The position numbers were made by a program, and so were the translations under genes. The notes under the pieces are model-generated. The model saw only the letters and a list, made by a program, of their open reading frames with translations. It was not told the DNA's origin and made no database searches. From the NCBI GenBank assembly GCA_965113315.1, contig OZ220374.1: a stretch of DNA of 64,000 bases; one strand, 5' to 3'. Numbering within the stretch: the stretch's first letter is position 1; every line of letters starts with the position of its first letter. Source of the stretch: Podarcis vaucheri (Eukaryota). Positions 25,901 through 40,600 of the stretch are shown here, in pieces.

Positions 25901-28632
25901 TAGTGGTTGCTATGTTTCATAAAACCCTTTATATAGCTTCTTTACAAAAGCAGGCACATTTACCTTTTTACTTCTGTACTATTTTTAATGATTTTCCAGG
26001 TTTTATCATTTATGTGTTCCGCAATTGGGATTACTTATGCACGGTGTTCTGCTGTGCATCGTGTCTTCATATGAAGATGCTTCAGAATACATTTAACCAT
26101 TTTAAAGAAGCCTTTATTCAGATCTTTACTGTTGAAAGAAAAAGAAATATTGCACTTTAAATGACTGATATTTTATTACAGTGGAACCTTGGGTTACCTA
26201 CCATCCGCCTTATGAATGCTTTGGGTAACGAGCTCCGCTAACGCGGAAGTAGATTCTCCTGGTTGTGAACTTTGCCCCAGGATGCGAGCAGAAGTCGTGC
26301 GGTGGCAGCGGGAGGCTCCATTAGCGAAAGTTCGCATCATGTTAAGAACAGTTTCAGGTTAACAACAGACCTCTGGAATGAATTAAATTCGTACCCGGAG
26401 GTACCGCTGTATAGCATCTGTGGTTGAAAGTTAAAATTAAGCAAAATGTTTTCAACATTAGTTATTTGAGTTGTTAGTGATGAAGTTTGATGCTATTTGG
26501 GAAGTCTAAACTCTAAAAGAGAGAGCCAGTGTGGTGTAGTGGTTAAGAGCGGTAGTCTCGTAATCTGGTGAACCGGGTTCGTGTCTCTGCTCCTCCACAT
26601 GCAGCTGCTGGGTGACCTTGGGCTAGTCACACTTCTCTGAAGTCTCTCAGCCCCACTCACCTCACAGAGTGTTTGTTGTGGGGGAGGAAGGGAAAGGAGA
26701 ATGTTAGCCGCTTTGAGACTCCTTCGGGTAGTGATAAAGCGGGATATCAAATCCAAACGCTTCTTCTAAAAGATCCAGTTGCTCTTTACACCAGGGGTGG
26801 CTAATCTGTAGCCCTCCAAATGTTGGACTCCAACCCCCATCTGCCACAACAAGCATGTCCAGGGGTTGGAGTTGATGGGAATTGTAGTTTCACAACATCT
26901 TAAGGGTCAAAGGTTCTCCACGTCTGCTTTACATAGTTTAAGATGTGATAGTATTGTAAAACATCACTTCCTCCCTCATCCAACCATTCACATTGGTTAG
27001 AATTAATACTGTTGTACCTTTTAAGGCCACAAAAGCATAATACAGACATTGAGCTTAATTATTATATATGATAGTAGTCCTTATCCATTTTATTAGCACC
27101 AATAAATCTCTTGCAGCTAAGGCTGTGATAGGGGAGTGATACTGGATTTATTTTCTAACAAGAATTTGAATACTGTGCGTGCAGATTAAAGATAATACAG
27201 AACCAGAAAGAGGTTTGCTTGAAATATATTTCAGTGTACAAAGAGGAACAATTTCCTTTTCCTATTTGAACATGCTGCTTTGTAGCTAATAAATCACAGC
27301 TTATGTATGTGGTATTAAACCATAGCTTGGGCTTGCTTGTTCTTCTCGTTCTTTCATATAGCTGGAAGGTAGGTCTTCTGTTAAGTTTTGATTCACTTTC
27401 AAAGAAATTTGGTTTTGTGTTACATATGAATTGAGGATTGTGGTTTTCAGCTAACAGTGATTACCAGTGTTCTGGCAATGAGCTACAAAACCATAAATGA
27501 CTTGGGGCCTTTATACCTGAAGAAGCACCCTGGAAGCATTGATGGAGAGCTTCTGACCCTTGTTAGCATCCCATCTTTGTGTGTTGCACATAGTGTGATG
27601 TGGGAGAGAGCCTTCTCTTGTGGCACCCTGCTTGTAGAACATCTGCTTCACTTATTTGACTGGCATTAGTCTTGTTTTCATTTCGGCACCAGGTTAAACT
27701 TGGTTATTTGCTTAAGCTTTAGTAATTGTTAATCTCACTGATTAATTTGTATTGACTGTTAATTTTATGTTCAGATTATTTATTTTATCAACTCCCGGTT
27801 CATTGTTGGCTTTATTACAAGATCGGTGTAGCCTGCCCTGAAATTCTCGGATAGAGGACATACTATTTGATGTAAACTGTGGTGCTTAGCTCATACTTGA
27901 TCTAAAGCCAAGATTCTTTGAAAGTGAAACTAAGTTCTGCAGAAGACTTCCTGACCCTGCAGAAGGAGCAGAGAAGTCCATTGACCTGATCGTTTACCCT
28001 TGGTTGGTGGAGGTTCATGCATATAATGCTGAACCATGGTTTAGCATTTTATGCAAACCGCACTTATATTTTGAGTAGCAGTAGAGCTTCTACTTCATAA
28101 TGGATCTTAATCTATGGTTTGCTGCTTTAAAATGCTTTTCCTGGAATTCGATTGCTTCTTAGGCATTGCTATTTTGTCCTAGTCTTGCAAATGCATAATT
28201 TTTCCAGTATGTCCAATACTGGACAGTTTGCTGCTAGACAATCAGGGGGCTTTGCAGCTCAGTACAACATTAGAAATGCTGGAAGTTGATGGTTTCGAAT
28301 AAAGAAAGAAATAGGCAGTTTTCAGGTAAAATATTGCATACTCTCATTTTGTAAGGCTATGACACTCCTGGTTCTCAGTCTTAGGTGTGAAGCCTGTTGC
28401 ATCTACATCATGGAGGTGTTTGGCTTCCTAAAATAAAGCTTAAAAGAGGAGTTATTTCTGTTCCAGAAACTATGTCTGCACCTTTACAGAAGGTGTGTCC
28501 AGTGGTATATGCAAATAAGATTTCTGTTCTAGACCAGCCATTGTTCCTGCCTTGATGGCTATTGTTAATCCTTTTACCCAGAACCCAATAGCTGGATGAA
28601 ATGGGTGTTAATCAGGGTTTGGGTGACATTGC

Positions 28633-28663
<31 letters not shown>

Positions 28664-31600
28664 TGGTGTGATGCATAAGACCCCCACCCTTTTCACTTTG
28701 CAAACCTAAAATTTCAGGGGTCAGCAACCTTTTTCAGCATGCTGGTTCCTGGACTGTTCCCAGGGCGGATTTAGAAGGCGATTGGGCTGAATCTGGCCCC
28801 TGGGCCTTAGTTTGCCTACCCATGATCTAGATCAAAGAGTGAGACAACTGAGTTCTGTAGCATAGACAATGTGAGATTGGTGCTATCTGGTGTTTTCCTG
28901 CTGTCTTGAGAGATTATAAAGGGTTCCCTCAAACTTTCTCACACTAGAGCAACGATTTTCAACCAGTGTGCCGTGGCACCCTGGGGTGCCTTGAATGATG
29001 GTCAGGGGTGCCACGGCCAACACTAGCCTGTCCCCCCCCCTTGTGCTCTCGCATCTCTGCCTTCCAAAGGCTTGCACAGCTGTTTGTTGCAGCAGCTCTG
29101 ACTACAAGCTCCCCAGGCAAACGGTGCCTTGGGGGCTGGCCAGGGGTGCTGGTTGTCAGGAGTAAGCAAGCAAGTGGACAGACAAGTCCCAGGCCCCTGT
29201 GGGGCAATGTGAGGAGACGTCTTTCTTTGGGGCAGAGACCAGGGACAGTAGCAGCAGCTGCCCGGAGGACTCCCGAGGAGAGGGAAGAGGAGCAGAGGCT
29301 GAGGGAATACTCTACAAGGGAGGGTGTTCTAAAAAGGGTGAGAGGCTGCTAGCTCTGCAGGCAAGGGGTGACATAACTGGGCACTTGAGCCCCACAGGGG
29401 TGCCGCAGAAAGAATATAGTTGGTCAAAGGAGCCGTGGACTCAAAAAGGTTGAAAACCTCTGCACTAGAGGATAACTGTGCCACCTCGTTCCCCTTCAGT
29501 TGCTATGGAGAGTGTTAGATGTTTTCCCTATCAGAACAGACAGGGTTAAGAACACTTTGGGCAGAAAGATTGTATAGTCTTCTAGATGAAGAGTTTCTTG
29601 CTTGCTTTTTTTAAATGAAGGCACTAGAGTTTTAGGATCCGTATTATTAGAGCAATGACTGTCTATCCTCCAGGGCCTCAAAAGCCAGTGGGATGTTTCC
29701 AAATGCAACAGCAAAAGAACCCATTGGTTCCTCTAGAGAGCTCCAGTCAAATTTGAATTGCCTCATGGGTTTTCATGAGGATGTAAGGTTTCTTTTAATG
29801 CCTCTGTGATATTTATATTTGGAAGCATTTTTTAAGTGTAGCAAGATAGAGTCCCAGTTTGCTCTTCTGAATAGCTGCAGTCCAAAATGAGTGAATGAAT
29901 AAATTTACATTGTGAATTATTGAGGAGTTTGAAGGGTTTCCCTAAAGAACAGCCTTGCAGTTACCTTGCTAAGTAAAAATTAAAGATGAGCTTGTTTTTA
30001 TCCCAACTTTCATGAGGCTTCTGTCTTATCCATTTCAGTGGCATAATCACCTCTCTTTTTACCAGAGTTTCAGTTCCCTGGCTAAAGGAACTCCTGGAAT
30101 AATAATAACAATAATAATAATTCAATTTATTACCTGCCCTTCATCATCAGGTTCCAGGGTGAGTTCGAACAATTTTAAATTCAATTTTAAAACCGTGAAA
30201 TCATAGCTTGGTATAGGGCTTAATTCTCTGTATTGTATGTGCAATACACCTTTTAATTATATATTATGCTGAAATCCTAAGAAGGAATGAGAAAACCCAC
30301 TCCTGTTAGCAAATGGGCTTGACTGTATCAGGTGTGTACACCAAGGGGGGCGGGGATTATGTTTGTTGCTTGCAAAGAGCACAGAGTGTTTTCTATTGTA
30401 CCTTATCAGATAGCAATTGGTATTCTCTTAATATTTTCCTCAATATTAAGGAATGTGCTTGGTAAATGAAATCTGGAATTCACAGTGTCCAGCCTGTTTT
30501 CTGGGTCTTCATGCCTTGATTACTTCATCTTAGTATTGTGAGCTTCTTAAATCCATATGTTGTATGTTAGCAAAAGTAGAGACTGGTGGCGTGAACCTGT
30601 TAATAGGCAAGCTTCCTGTAGAAAGACTTTCCTGTTGAAGAGCTTCTGGGCTGTTGCCTCTTTTTCTCCTGTTTTGTCTAGTGGAGCGTTTCTTACATTG
30701 ATTTAAATCAGGGTTTCTGAACTTCTGAGTTCATTGTCTCCTTGTTGAACTTTTAAAGTTGCCATCAACCCACACCTCAATTACTAGGAATGTAAAGGAA
30801 ATAAACTAAAGGAATAACAGTATATATACAACTTTTATTAGTTACCCATCACTATTACTAGGAATAGCAAATGTAAGAAAAGGAAATAGAACAAGTGAAA
30901 AGAACGATGAAACCATGCCATTCTGTGCATGCCCTTTATTTCTGAGCTTCATAGTTTCTGTTTTTTTGCTCTGTGCTATGTAAACTTACGTTACCCCCCT
31001 GAGAGTGCTGTTAGACTCAGGTCCTGCTTGCATGCTTCCCACAAGCATCTGCTTGGCCACTGTGAGAACAGGATGCTGGACTACATGGATCATTTCCCTG
31101 ATCCAGCAGGTTGTTATGTTCTTATAGCCCTTTACAACCCCATGGTCTTTATTCACATCCTGCATCGTCCCATTTACCCCAGGAGGTCAATATAAACTGC
31201 TTTGAGAAACCCAGAATTAAATTACAGGGTGGAATTGCCCTGTTTTTCTTCTTCCCCACCCCTAGAGCTTCACATTCCTATTATATATTTATTTATAAAT
31301 ATATTCATAAAATGTTTGTTAAAAGTATGTATCAAACTTGAACTTTTCATGTCAAGAGCAAATTTGATATCTTTTTGATTCAGTGAGTGCGTGACACCTT
31401 GTCATCTTTATATGCTAGCAAATGAAACTTCCATTTTGCTAATATGAGCAGAGGTTTCCCAAATCCAAGTCTTGATTCAAATCTAGAGATAAGTGCTTGA
31501 ATTCTACCAGGGTGAATTGATGTAAATTAAATAATGATTTAAATCAGCAAGAGAAAAAGTTGGAGTTCCCACTGATAACGGCAAATATTTATTAAAACAA

Positions 31601-34600
31601 TGGTGTTTTATTTTACAACTAACAATAGTTACTGTATTTGTGTATAAGACCGTCGATCTCCTTAAAAAAGCTCAACAAGTTTGGATGCAGTAAATATATT
31701 GGTGCTTTGAATATTTAATTAAAAAAGCGAAGTTGCTCTGTTTGAAGTTAAAATATTGATTTCTTAATTTTGGGTTCAAAAAAATAGGGGTTGTCTTATA
31801 CATGGGGGCATCTTATACACGAGAAGATACGGTATTTTCTTACAACCAGGCCTTTCATCTATTTATTTCATGTTATACATCTTACAGACTTTGTTTTTTT
31901 TATAAAAAACAGCAACAACCCCTATATAGTTCAAAATATTGCTGTACAAGTCTCTCCTATGACTGGCAGCCATGACAATTGATTAAGTACATCAGATTAT
32001 TTTTATTTTTATTTTCTTTCCAGTTATGCTCCTTTATATTTCACTTTGCCTTGGCTTTGCAACCCTTTGGTTGCAAAGTAGCAACCAAAAATGAAATTCC
32101 AGTGACTGATAATTACTGGCAGACTAGAGCAGTTTATATTCACAAGGTGATGGTGGTTATGTTGAGCTGGTACAGTGTAAGGGCAGTATTCTACCAACTT
32201 CTCCATCAGCATAAGAATTGTCACTAGCACAATGAAACTTTGCCCATCCCCCTCTATGCACACCCCACCACCCCACCATTTCCCTGAATCTGTTCTGGGG
32301 GGTTGGGGAAAATCTAGAACAGATTTAAAGGGGTGTACGAGAAGGGGGAGAGTTCTTCTGTGCAAGCAGACAGCTTTGTGCTGATGAAACTACTTAGCAC
32401 TAAATTGAATAAAATCCTAAGTATTCATACGTGAGAAATGATCAAATTGGCTCTTTTGCATAAAAGTCCTTTGGCTCAAATGTATCTGATAGAGGGTCTT
32501 GATTTGGCTTAGAGATTAACTGTAGTGCTTATATCTAGATATTTAATATTAACTTATTTAAAAGAAACGTTGGCTGAAATCCAACACAATGTGAGTTGGC
32601 ATCTGCAATCTGACTACCCCTTCCTCTTCTGTCTGCCTGCAGTCCCCCACCCACCTGCTCCAGAGTTTTGAACAAGGCATAGTGTCAAGGGTTAGCTGCA
32701 GAGGGAAGAGACAAAAGGAAAATTGTGTTGTTCAAGCAGAAGTCTGTAACGTTGGCAGATACACAACTGAATACCACCCTTCGTATATATACTTAAAAAG
32801 CAACACACACCATTTTTATCCACCCTAATTCTCACAGCCCAGCATTTGTGAGTGTGTCTTTGAACTTATATTGCAGTGGTGGTCTTTAAGGCATACTTAA
32901 TATTCTACATTTGACTCCCAGATTTTATAATGCTCCGATTTTAGATTGTTCTAGTGGTGAATGTGTTGACCTACATTTATGCTAACTTTTAGCTTTCAGA
33001 ATAGAAATGGCCTGGCCATTTTGAAGTACACATAGTATTTTCTCATTTGGAAGGATTTTTGTGCAAATAAGTTGCCTAGTAGTATTTCATGGATTGTTGT
33101 AATTTAGCTGTCAATGTGGTACTAGGATTACTTTTGAATTAGGTGCTCCCATTTTGAGTGAGGAAAATGCACATTTCCTACTTTTATAGTAATTGCGGGT
33201 TTTTTGGATAATGATGTATATACTTCAGCACTCTGGATCATGTGAAAATGCCCTACTTTGAAATCTCTGTAAATAGGTAGTCTCAGATATTATTATGTAT
33301 GAAAAACAGACTTAAATGGATTTTAAATGCCTTAATATAGATATAGGTTGAACAATAAGTTTCTCTTTGTGTTTTGTAGAAGTTTGAGTCATATTTAGGT
33401 AAAATCCTTTCTTTTCATTGGTTATATAGCAACTTTACAGGCTAATCCTATTTAGCTGAGCTAACAGAGCCATGCATAATTTTTAAGGGAACAGGAAACA
33501 CTTCAAATCAATACATATCAGGATTATAATTTTATATTGGTCTGTCATCTGCTACATGATATAGTAAGCATTTTTACTTGTATCTGAAAATTAATATAAA
33601 CCTTTAATTTTATTTTTTTAGGGACCAGTTACTCTCCACAAGAAAATTCTCATAACCATAGTGCTCTTCATAGCTCAAATTCACACTCTTCTAATCCTAG
33701 CAATAATCCAAGTAAAACATCAGATGCAGTAAGTATCTACGGTGAATTATGCAACTTTGTTTTACTTTATTTAACCCACAGACAGTGCTTTCTCTGGCTA
33801 ATTTTCAATTAATGCAAATTATTAGAGCAAGACTGGTCAGACTGTGTTCCACATTCAGTATTTGAGTTCATAGCATGTAAATTGAGTGATAAATACATAT
33901 TTCAGAAAGCTATTCTCTTGCATATTGTTTTGAACCCATTGTTTCTTCAAGTCTGGTATGGCAGTAGGTTTAAAAACTCTGGCAAATAGAACATTTCTAA
34001 GAGCCATGAAGGAAGATATAGGTGTACTGTTGGAAATATTTATACCCGTTGCAGATGTAACATTGGCGTGTGTTTAGGGAGTAGACTGTGGGATTGTGCA
34101 TTCTGTCCCTTGGTTTGTCTGATTGAATGTTCAATTCCAATTTAAAGAAATTTGGACAATCCCAGATTCCTTTTCACAACATTGATACAACCCAGTTTGG
34201 AAACGGAATTTGGATTGTCCTCAGATTGAGCTAGAAGTAATTATGATCAGACTTAAACCAAGGCAGGTGGGAAGGCATGCACAAAAACATGATCCAGTGC
34301 TGGAAGTCTAGTTGGCATTGTCTGCACTGACCTTAAATCTCTATGAAGACAAGGGTTCCTCTTACTAAATTAAAGTATATGTTAAAGGACAAACTGGAAA
34401 GAGGGGTGGTGTTTTTGTGTGTGTATAATATATTAAGCTGATTCCATCACTTTTGCCCTCCCTTCCCCAAGTCCTATGATTCTGCAGATGACTGGTCTGA
34501 GCACATTAGTTCTTCTGGCAAAAAGTACTACTATAACTGCCGAACAGAAGTTTCCCAGTGGGAAAAACCAAAAGAATGGCTTGAAAGGTAAGTACTAATA

Positions 34601-37600
34601 TAATAGGTGAAATGCAGTGTTGTACACTTGATATGATTTAACTGTTTGCTTTTTCCTCTCCAGAGAGCAGAGACAAAAAGAAGCAAGCAAAATATCTGTC
34701 AACAGTTTCCCAAAAGACAGAGATTACAGGAGAGAGGTGATGCAGGCAACTGCTGCTAGTGGGTTTGCTAGTGGAAGTATGTATGTTTTAATACAATAAA
34801 AAAACCTGCCTATCCATTTTCTATGCTTTGTCAGTAATTTCACATCAAAACAAATTTTACAGATATGCTAGACTTTATATGTGTTTTCTTGATGTACTTG
34901 TGCCTGATTCTTGCATAGACACTGAAATGGTTCCTGTGATTTATTTTATGAGCATGAATTGTACTCACAGTCCTTGCACAAAGCACCATAAACTGGTGCT
35001 TTCCCCCTTTTCTTCAATGACAAGTTCACCAGCATGTCTAAAGTTCTCTGTTTCGGTTGAGAATCAAGGTTGCTTTGTGTATTTATTAATTTCAAAAATG
35101 GGTCAGTTTAGGAATTGTTATAAATATTGCACATTCCACCTTTCTCATGAATTTCAAGCACAATTGTAATGTCAGTATTAAAGCATACTGAAGATTAAAC
35201 CTTTCGTTCTTATATTAAAAATATTCTCCTACGTCCCTTTACAACTTCAATGTTGTGTAGGTTTGAATACAAATGCTTCTGAGTTTTCAGCCTTGGCGTA
35301 ATTAATTTAGAGATGTGTCATTAGTTTTTATTATTTCATGCTGGAATACGAGATGCAAGTGTGTTTAGCTCCCTATAACCCTTGAAGGCAGTAATGTCAT
35401 TGCTTCTCAATAATATTTTAGCAGCTTGTCCCCAGAACTGGTAGTTCCACCTCCCTCAGAAGATGAGGGGGTCCTGGTAGAGGGCAATCTTTGTGGCAGC
35501 CCCTCTTTCCTCCCCACAGTTGCATTTGGTTTCTTCACTATGTAGCTTTTTGCAAATGTTGAAGATACATCTCATTACCCTAGCCTTTTGACACCTGAGA
35601 TGTGCGTTTCCTGTAATTGGAATCTGTTTTAACTTTTTAAATTTATTATGAATTGTTCAGATTGGGCTGTTCCTCTTGCAAAAGACTCAGGCAGGAGCAC
35701 ATAATTGTGTGAGATAGACTGCTTCTCAGTTTTTTCCTCCTGCCTAGGACAGAGCTCTCACTATTTTGTTGGCTGTTAGTCAGCAGAGTCCTCTTTAACT
35801 CCTTTCTTTGTTATTCTTTGTTACTTAGTAATCTTCCTCTTCTTTAGTTGTAGGATACTTTTTCCTGTCTTTGTTACTGTTTGGTGTCTGTCCATTTTTT
35901 TACTGTTTGGTTTCTGTCCTTTTATTTGTCCTCCACTGAGGTAAAAACAACAACCTTTGTCTCCTTGCTAAATATCTTTTGCTATTCTATGCTCAGTGTT
36001 TTACTTCTGTTTAATTCTTTACTACTGGTCTTTGTTTCTTGTTGCTGGCTGTTTCCGTTTTGGCGGTGCCTTTAACACCTAAGAAGTGTGTTTTTGGCCC
36101 ACTCAATTCCTGTGATTGGAACTGTTTTAACTGTTTTTAATTTTATATTGTTGTAACCCTCCCTGGGACCTACTGCTAATAAATTTAACAACAGCAACAA
36201 CAACAAATAATGGAATTTGGTACTGAAGCACTCAAACCTTTGTAGTGCGGCATTTGTAGATATAATATGAATATTAGAAAAGTTAAATTTGATAAGTACA
36301 TCACAGCATTGAGTATTTTATGAAATAATGTTCATTCTTCACAATTGGAGCTAGAATAGGATTAAAGTTCAGTAAATGCAGATATATTTACTTGGTCAGT
36401 ATTGGAGCTCTAATTTGGTCTTTTCCGTTTCTCATTGCAACATTGTGAATGATAAACAAAAGTGGAAGAGAAGCATTCCAGTGATGCCGCTAATATGCTC
36501 CCACAGAATATTTTGTCTCAGACAAGCAGACACAACGACAGAGACTACAGACTGCCAAGAACAGAGACTCACAGTAGTTCGACCCCAGTACAGCATCCCA
36601 TCAAAACAGTGGTTCACCCATCTACTACCCCAAGTTCTGTTCCACCTAGTCCATTTTCTCTACAGTCTGACCACCAGCCAAAGAAATCGTTTGATGCAAA
36701 TGGAGCATCTTCCTTATCAAAACTGCCTACACCCACCTCTTCCATCCCTTCACAGAAAACAGAGAGAAAAAGTTTGTCAGGTAAAAACGTTTTTGGCTTC
36801 TCCATGTTGTTACGTCAGATGACTATAGAATACACAACCTTTAGAGCTGTAGCCTGCTTGCCCTATGCCGAGGAGTTGAGGTTTACATTAACCATGAATT
36901 TTAAACCTAGAGCTCCAGCTCATATATTTGGTTGTCACCTAATGACATGTGTTGCTATTTTTATTTTTTTTGACATGACATTTTCAGTGATTTACTCATT
37001 TTCTTATATCTGAAAAGTATGCTTAAACATCAAATTGCTTCAAGCCTTTTCAGGAAAGCATAAGTGGTATAACTAGCTTGTTTGACATATTTGTGTGATT
37101 AGTATTCCTACACAGCCTCTCTGAAGCCACTGTGTTAAGAGATCTTGACACCTGGCATTGAAACTTTAGAATACTGTGGGATGTATATGATTGGTGCTCT
37201 TGTGTAAGCACAAGGTCTGATCCAGCAGCAGGTGTCCAATAATGGGGGAGAATGAGAGATTTTTGTCTAGGCCCTTCCCCCCTCCACCTGTATGTACATA
37301 ATTTCATTTGTGTATTCTGAATGTCTCTGATATTCTCCAACATCAGGACACCTGACCAAATAAACTCTAATTTTGAACCTGTTTGACAAATGTGTGTCCT
37401 GTTCCTTGCTGATACCATCCAAATTATGTATGCTTACAATACTGTACAAACCCATACATTAAGGTTTTGCAGGTGCCACCAAATCCAGTAAGTTTCACTT
37501 CTGCAGGTAACATTGGTGGTGCTTTGCCCTTTCGGGAGTGATATAAAGACATTCGAAACAGGCTTTGGGTCTAAATTCAGGAACTGTATCAGTTACACTG

Positions 37601-40600
37601 TCTACAGGCATTATTAGATTTTTATGTTAAATATTAATAGTTTGAGCACAGGATGTTTGAGAGTTTGATAGATATTTTTTCCTGACAGTGCACAAAGTTT
37701 AGCAGATGCCCTAGGGTGTGCACGACATCTTTCACAAGCACAACACACCCATTGAATTTGCTATGTGCTGAGAAGTAGAATGGCTGTTGCATGAGTGGGC
37801 TGCCACAAATATCACCCTTTGCTTTTACTTTGTAGCATTGTTTTTATCTCATTAACCACTTTGGAAATTCAAGTGTTCTGTAATGCATTTTTTTTTTAAA
37901 AAAACAAAACCCTATATAATGGGAGAAATTTAAAACCAGCCACAAAATTTTGTATAATTTTGGCAAGTTTGATTTATTACTGTATTTAGAGTATGTGAAA
38001 GAATATGGGTCATGATGGGAAGAAACATAAATATCTCTGTTTCTTCAGAATCTATGTCAATGGACAAGTCTCTATCCCACTCGTGCACAACTCCTTCCAC
38101 ATCATCTGCTTCTGGGCTGAATCCAGCTTCTGCACCAACTTCATCGGCTTCAACAGTTCCTGTTTCACCTGTCTCACAATCCCCAATTCCTCCATTACTT
38201 CAGGACCCAAATCTCCTTCGACAGTTACTACCTGCTCTTCAAGCCACATTGCAGCTTAACAATTCAAGTGTAGATATATCCAAAATAAATGAAGGTAAGA
38301 CAGATTTTTAATAGTTTGTCCTAATACTGTATTGAACAGAGTGATTACATATCTAGAAGTTACACTTCTACATAAGGTAGATTTAAAGTCTTAGTTTAAT
38401 GCAATGACTGTATCGTGCACTTTGCAAATATGTGTCCAAGCGAACATTTACTAAGGTGATGGGCAGGAAGGAAAGATTTACAGGGATGAATTAGAGACAT
38501 AGAGACTGACTTGGAAAAATATGAGGGAGTAGGGGAGAATCCAGCTGGTGATTCCCTGCTATAAATGCCTGCCACCGTATCCGTGTAACATGACAAATGG
38601 GGTTGGGAACCTCCATGTTTTTCTGCCTTTTATCTTGCATGAAGCCAAGACTGGCTGTATTAATGAATTGGAAATTATTTTCAATGTACTATTTGCATTG
38701 AGCTTAGGGGAAAGTGGGGGCAACAAATGGAACTACTTGCATTTCAGCCAGTGAAAGTTGATTAACATCTTAAATTTGATTTTAGTACAGTGCATTTTAA
38801 ACTGCAGTGCTGAACTTAACCATTGAACCCAGCGTGGCATACATCTTAGTAGAACACACACAGGATTGCACTACTGCAGATCCCTGCAGATTCCTACAAT
38901 TGCTGCTGCACTTACAGGAATAATGTGTACAATTCTGGTCACTGCAGCTCAAAAGATAGATCTGGAAAACGGGATATTCAGGACTTTTTAGTTTTGGGGA
39001 AATGGAAAGTAGAGGAAGTCATGATAGAGGAGAATAAAAATGTGTAGACTGGAGAAAGTGGATAGAGAGAATTTTTTCTCACTTAACATTGAATGAAACG
39101 GAATGTTGGAAGATTCAGGACCAAAAAAACAACAGTGCCACTTTGCATAATACATAGTCTTATCCTCCATTACTTTGTCATTTAACTATCAGTGGCTATT
39201 AGTCACAATGTCTATGTTCTGCCTCTACTGTTTGTGCCAGTATACATCCGAATACCAGTTGATAGAGAACAGAAATGGGGAGAGTACTGCTGCTCTCATG
39301 TGCTGCTTTTGGGCTTTCCTTAAACATCTTGTTGGCCACAGAGAGAACAGGATTTTTACTAGAGGGACCTTTGGTCTGCTGCAGGTTCTTATGAGAAACT
39401 GGATCAGGAACTTAGTTTTAGGGAATACAGTGGTGCCCCACAAGATGAATGCCTCGCAAGACGAAAAACTCGCTAGACGAAAGAGTTTTCCGTTTTTTGA
39501 GTCATTCCGCAAGACGAATTTCCCTATGGGCTTGCGAGTTCTTGCGAGTTTGTTTCCTTTTTCTTAAAGCCGCTAAGCCGTTAATAGCCGCTAAGCCGTT
39601 AATAGCCGCTAAGCCGCTAATAGCCGTGCTTCGCAAGACGAAAAAACCACAAGACGAAGAGACTCGCGGAATGGATTAATTTCGTCTTGCGAGGCACCAC
39701 TGTAGTATTTTCTTTCAAAAATAAGTACTGTAGATACACTGTTGCTGCTTTTCAGGGAATGAAAGTGGTAATCTTAATTTGTCTGTTAGTTCTTACAGCT
39801 GCTGTGACACAAGCTTCTCTACAATCTATACTTCATAAAATTCTCACTGCTGGACCATCTGCTTTTAATATAACTTCCCTGATTTCTCAAGCAGCACAGC
39901 TTTCCACACAAGGTATTTTGGAAGCTTCTTTTTGTCTCCGTGTAAAATTGCCTTGTACGCTATTAGACTTCGGTTCATTTTACTGTAGAGGGATTCAGTT
40001 AGGAAAAATGTATCAAGTGTTAGTCCTAGTCAGAGTAGACCAATTAAAATAATGGACATAACTAACTTATATAGATATAACCTTTAAAGTCAGATTCCTA
40101 AAGGGTGTTCAGAAAAGCTGGTAGCTTCCACTGCAGCAACAATTTGTTGTTCTGTTATTCTGAACATATTTATGGAGGATGAGATTCAATTGTTTGATGC
40201 ATTCAGTCCAAATGTTTCTGGACCAGCCAAGCATAATAGCATTCTAAATAATCAGCATTTACTAAAGCAAACAAAATTGACACTGCATACATTCTGTTGG
40301 ACTGAGCTGCATGTGTGAAGATGTTGTTATTTCTCTTAACAAGTTTTATTGCTTATTCAGATTCCGGAAGGGGAGACCAAATCTATTCCAACTATAAAAA
40401 AGCTAATACTGTAGTGATCTAGTTCAAGTTCTTACTATGCGGTACTTACTATGAATACCTAAAATAGGTTATCTAGAAAACTCCTGCTATGCGCTATATT
40501 ACTTTGAACTTAGTGGAAGCATTGGGAGTTCGATTAGTTCTATTAAAAGCTAATAATCATAAGCAGAAAATGATCCTGACTAAAATTAACTTTCTTTAGT

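Noticed and set aside
26521-26600. tRNA-like A and B boxes
   Set aside because: Head of a SINE with body, tail and TSD; not a tRNA gene
36462-37013. 183-aa ORF read as a standalone gene
   Set aside because: It is WAC exon 7 plus intronic read-through; the start is a GTG overlapping the splice acceptor
39567-39626. Short direct-repeat array superficially CRISPR-like
   Set aside because: No spacers, vertebrate context, lies inside a MITE
9334-40311. Shared 14-mer ATTCTGTTGGACTG near 9334 and 40291, each with small inverted repeats
   Set aside because: Several 14-mer matches are expected by chance in 64 kb; stems too short for a structured RNA call
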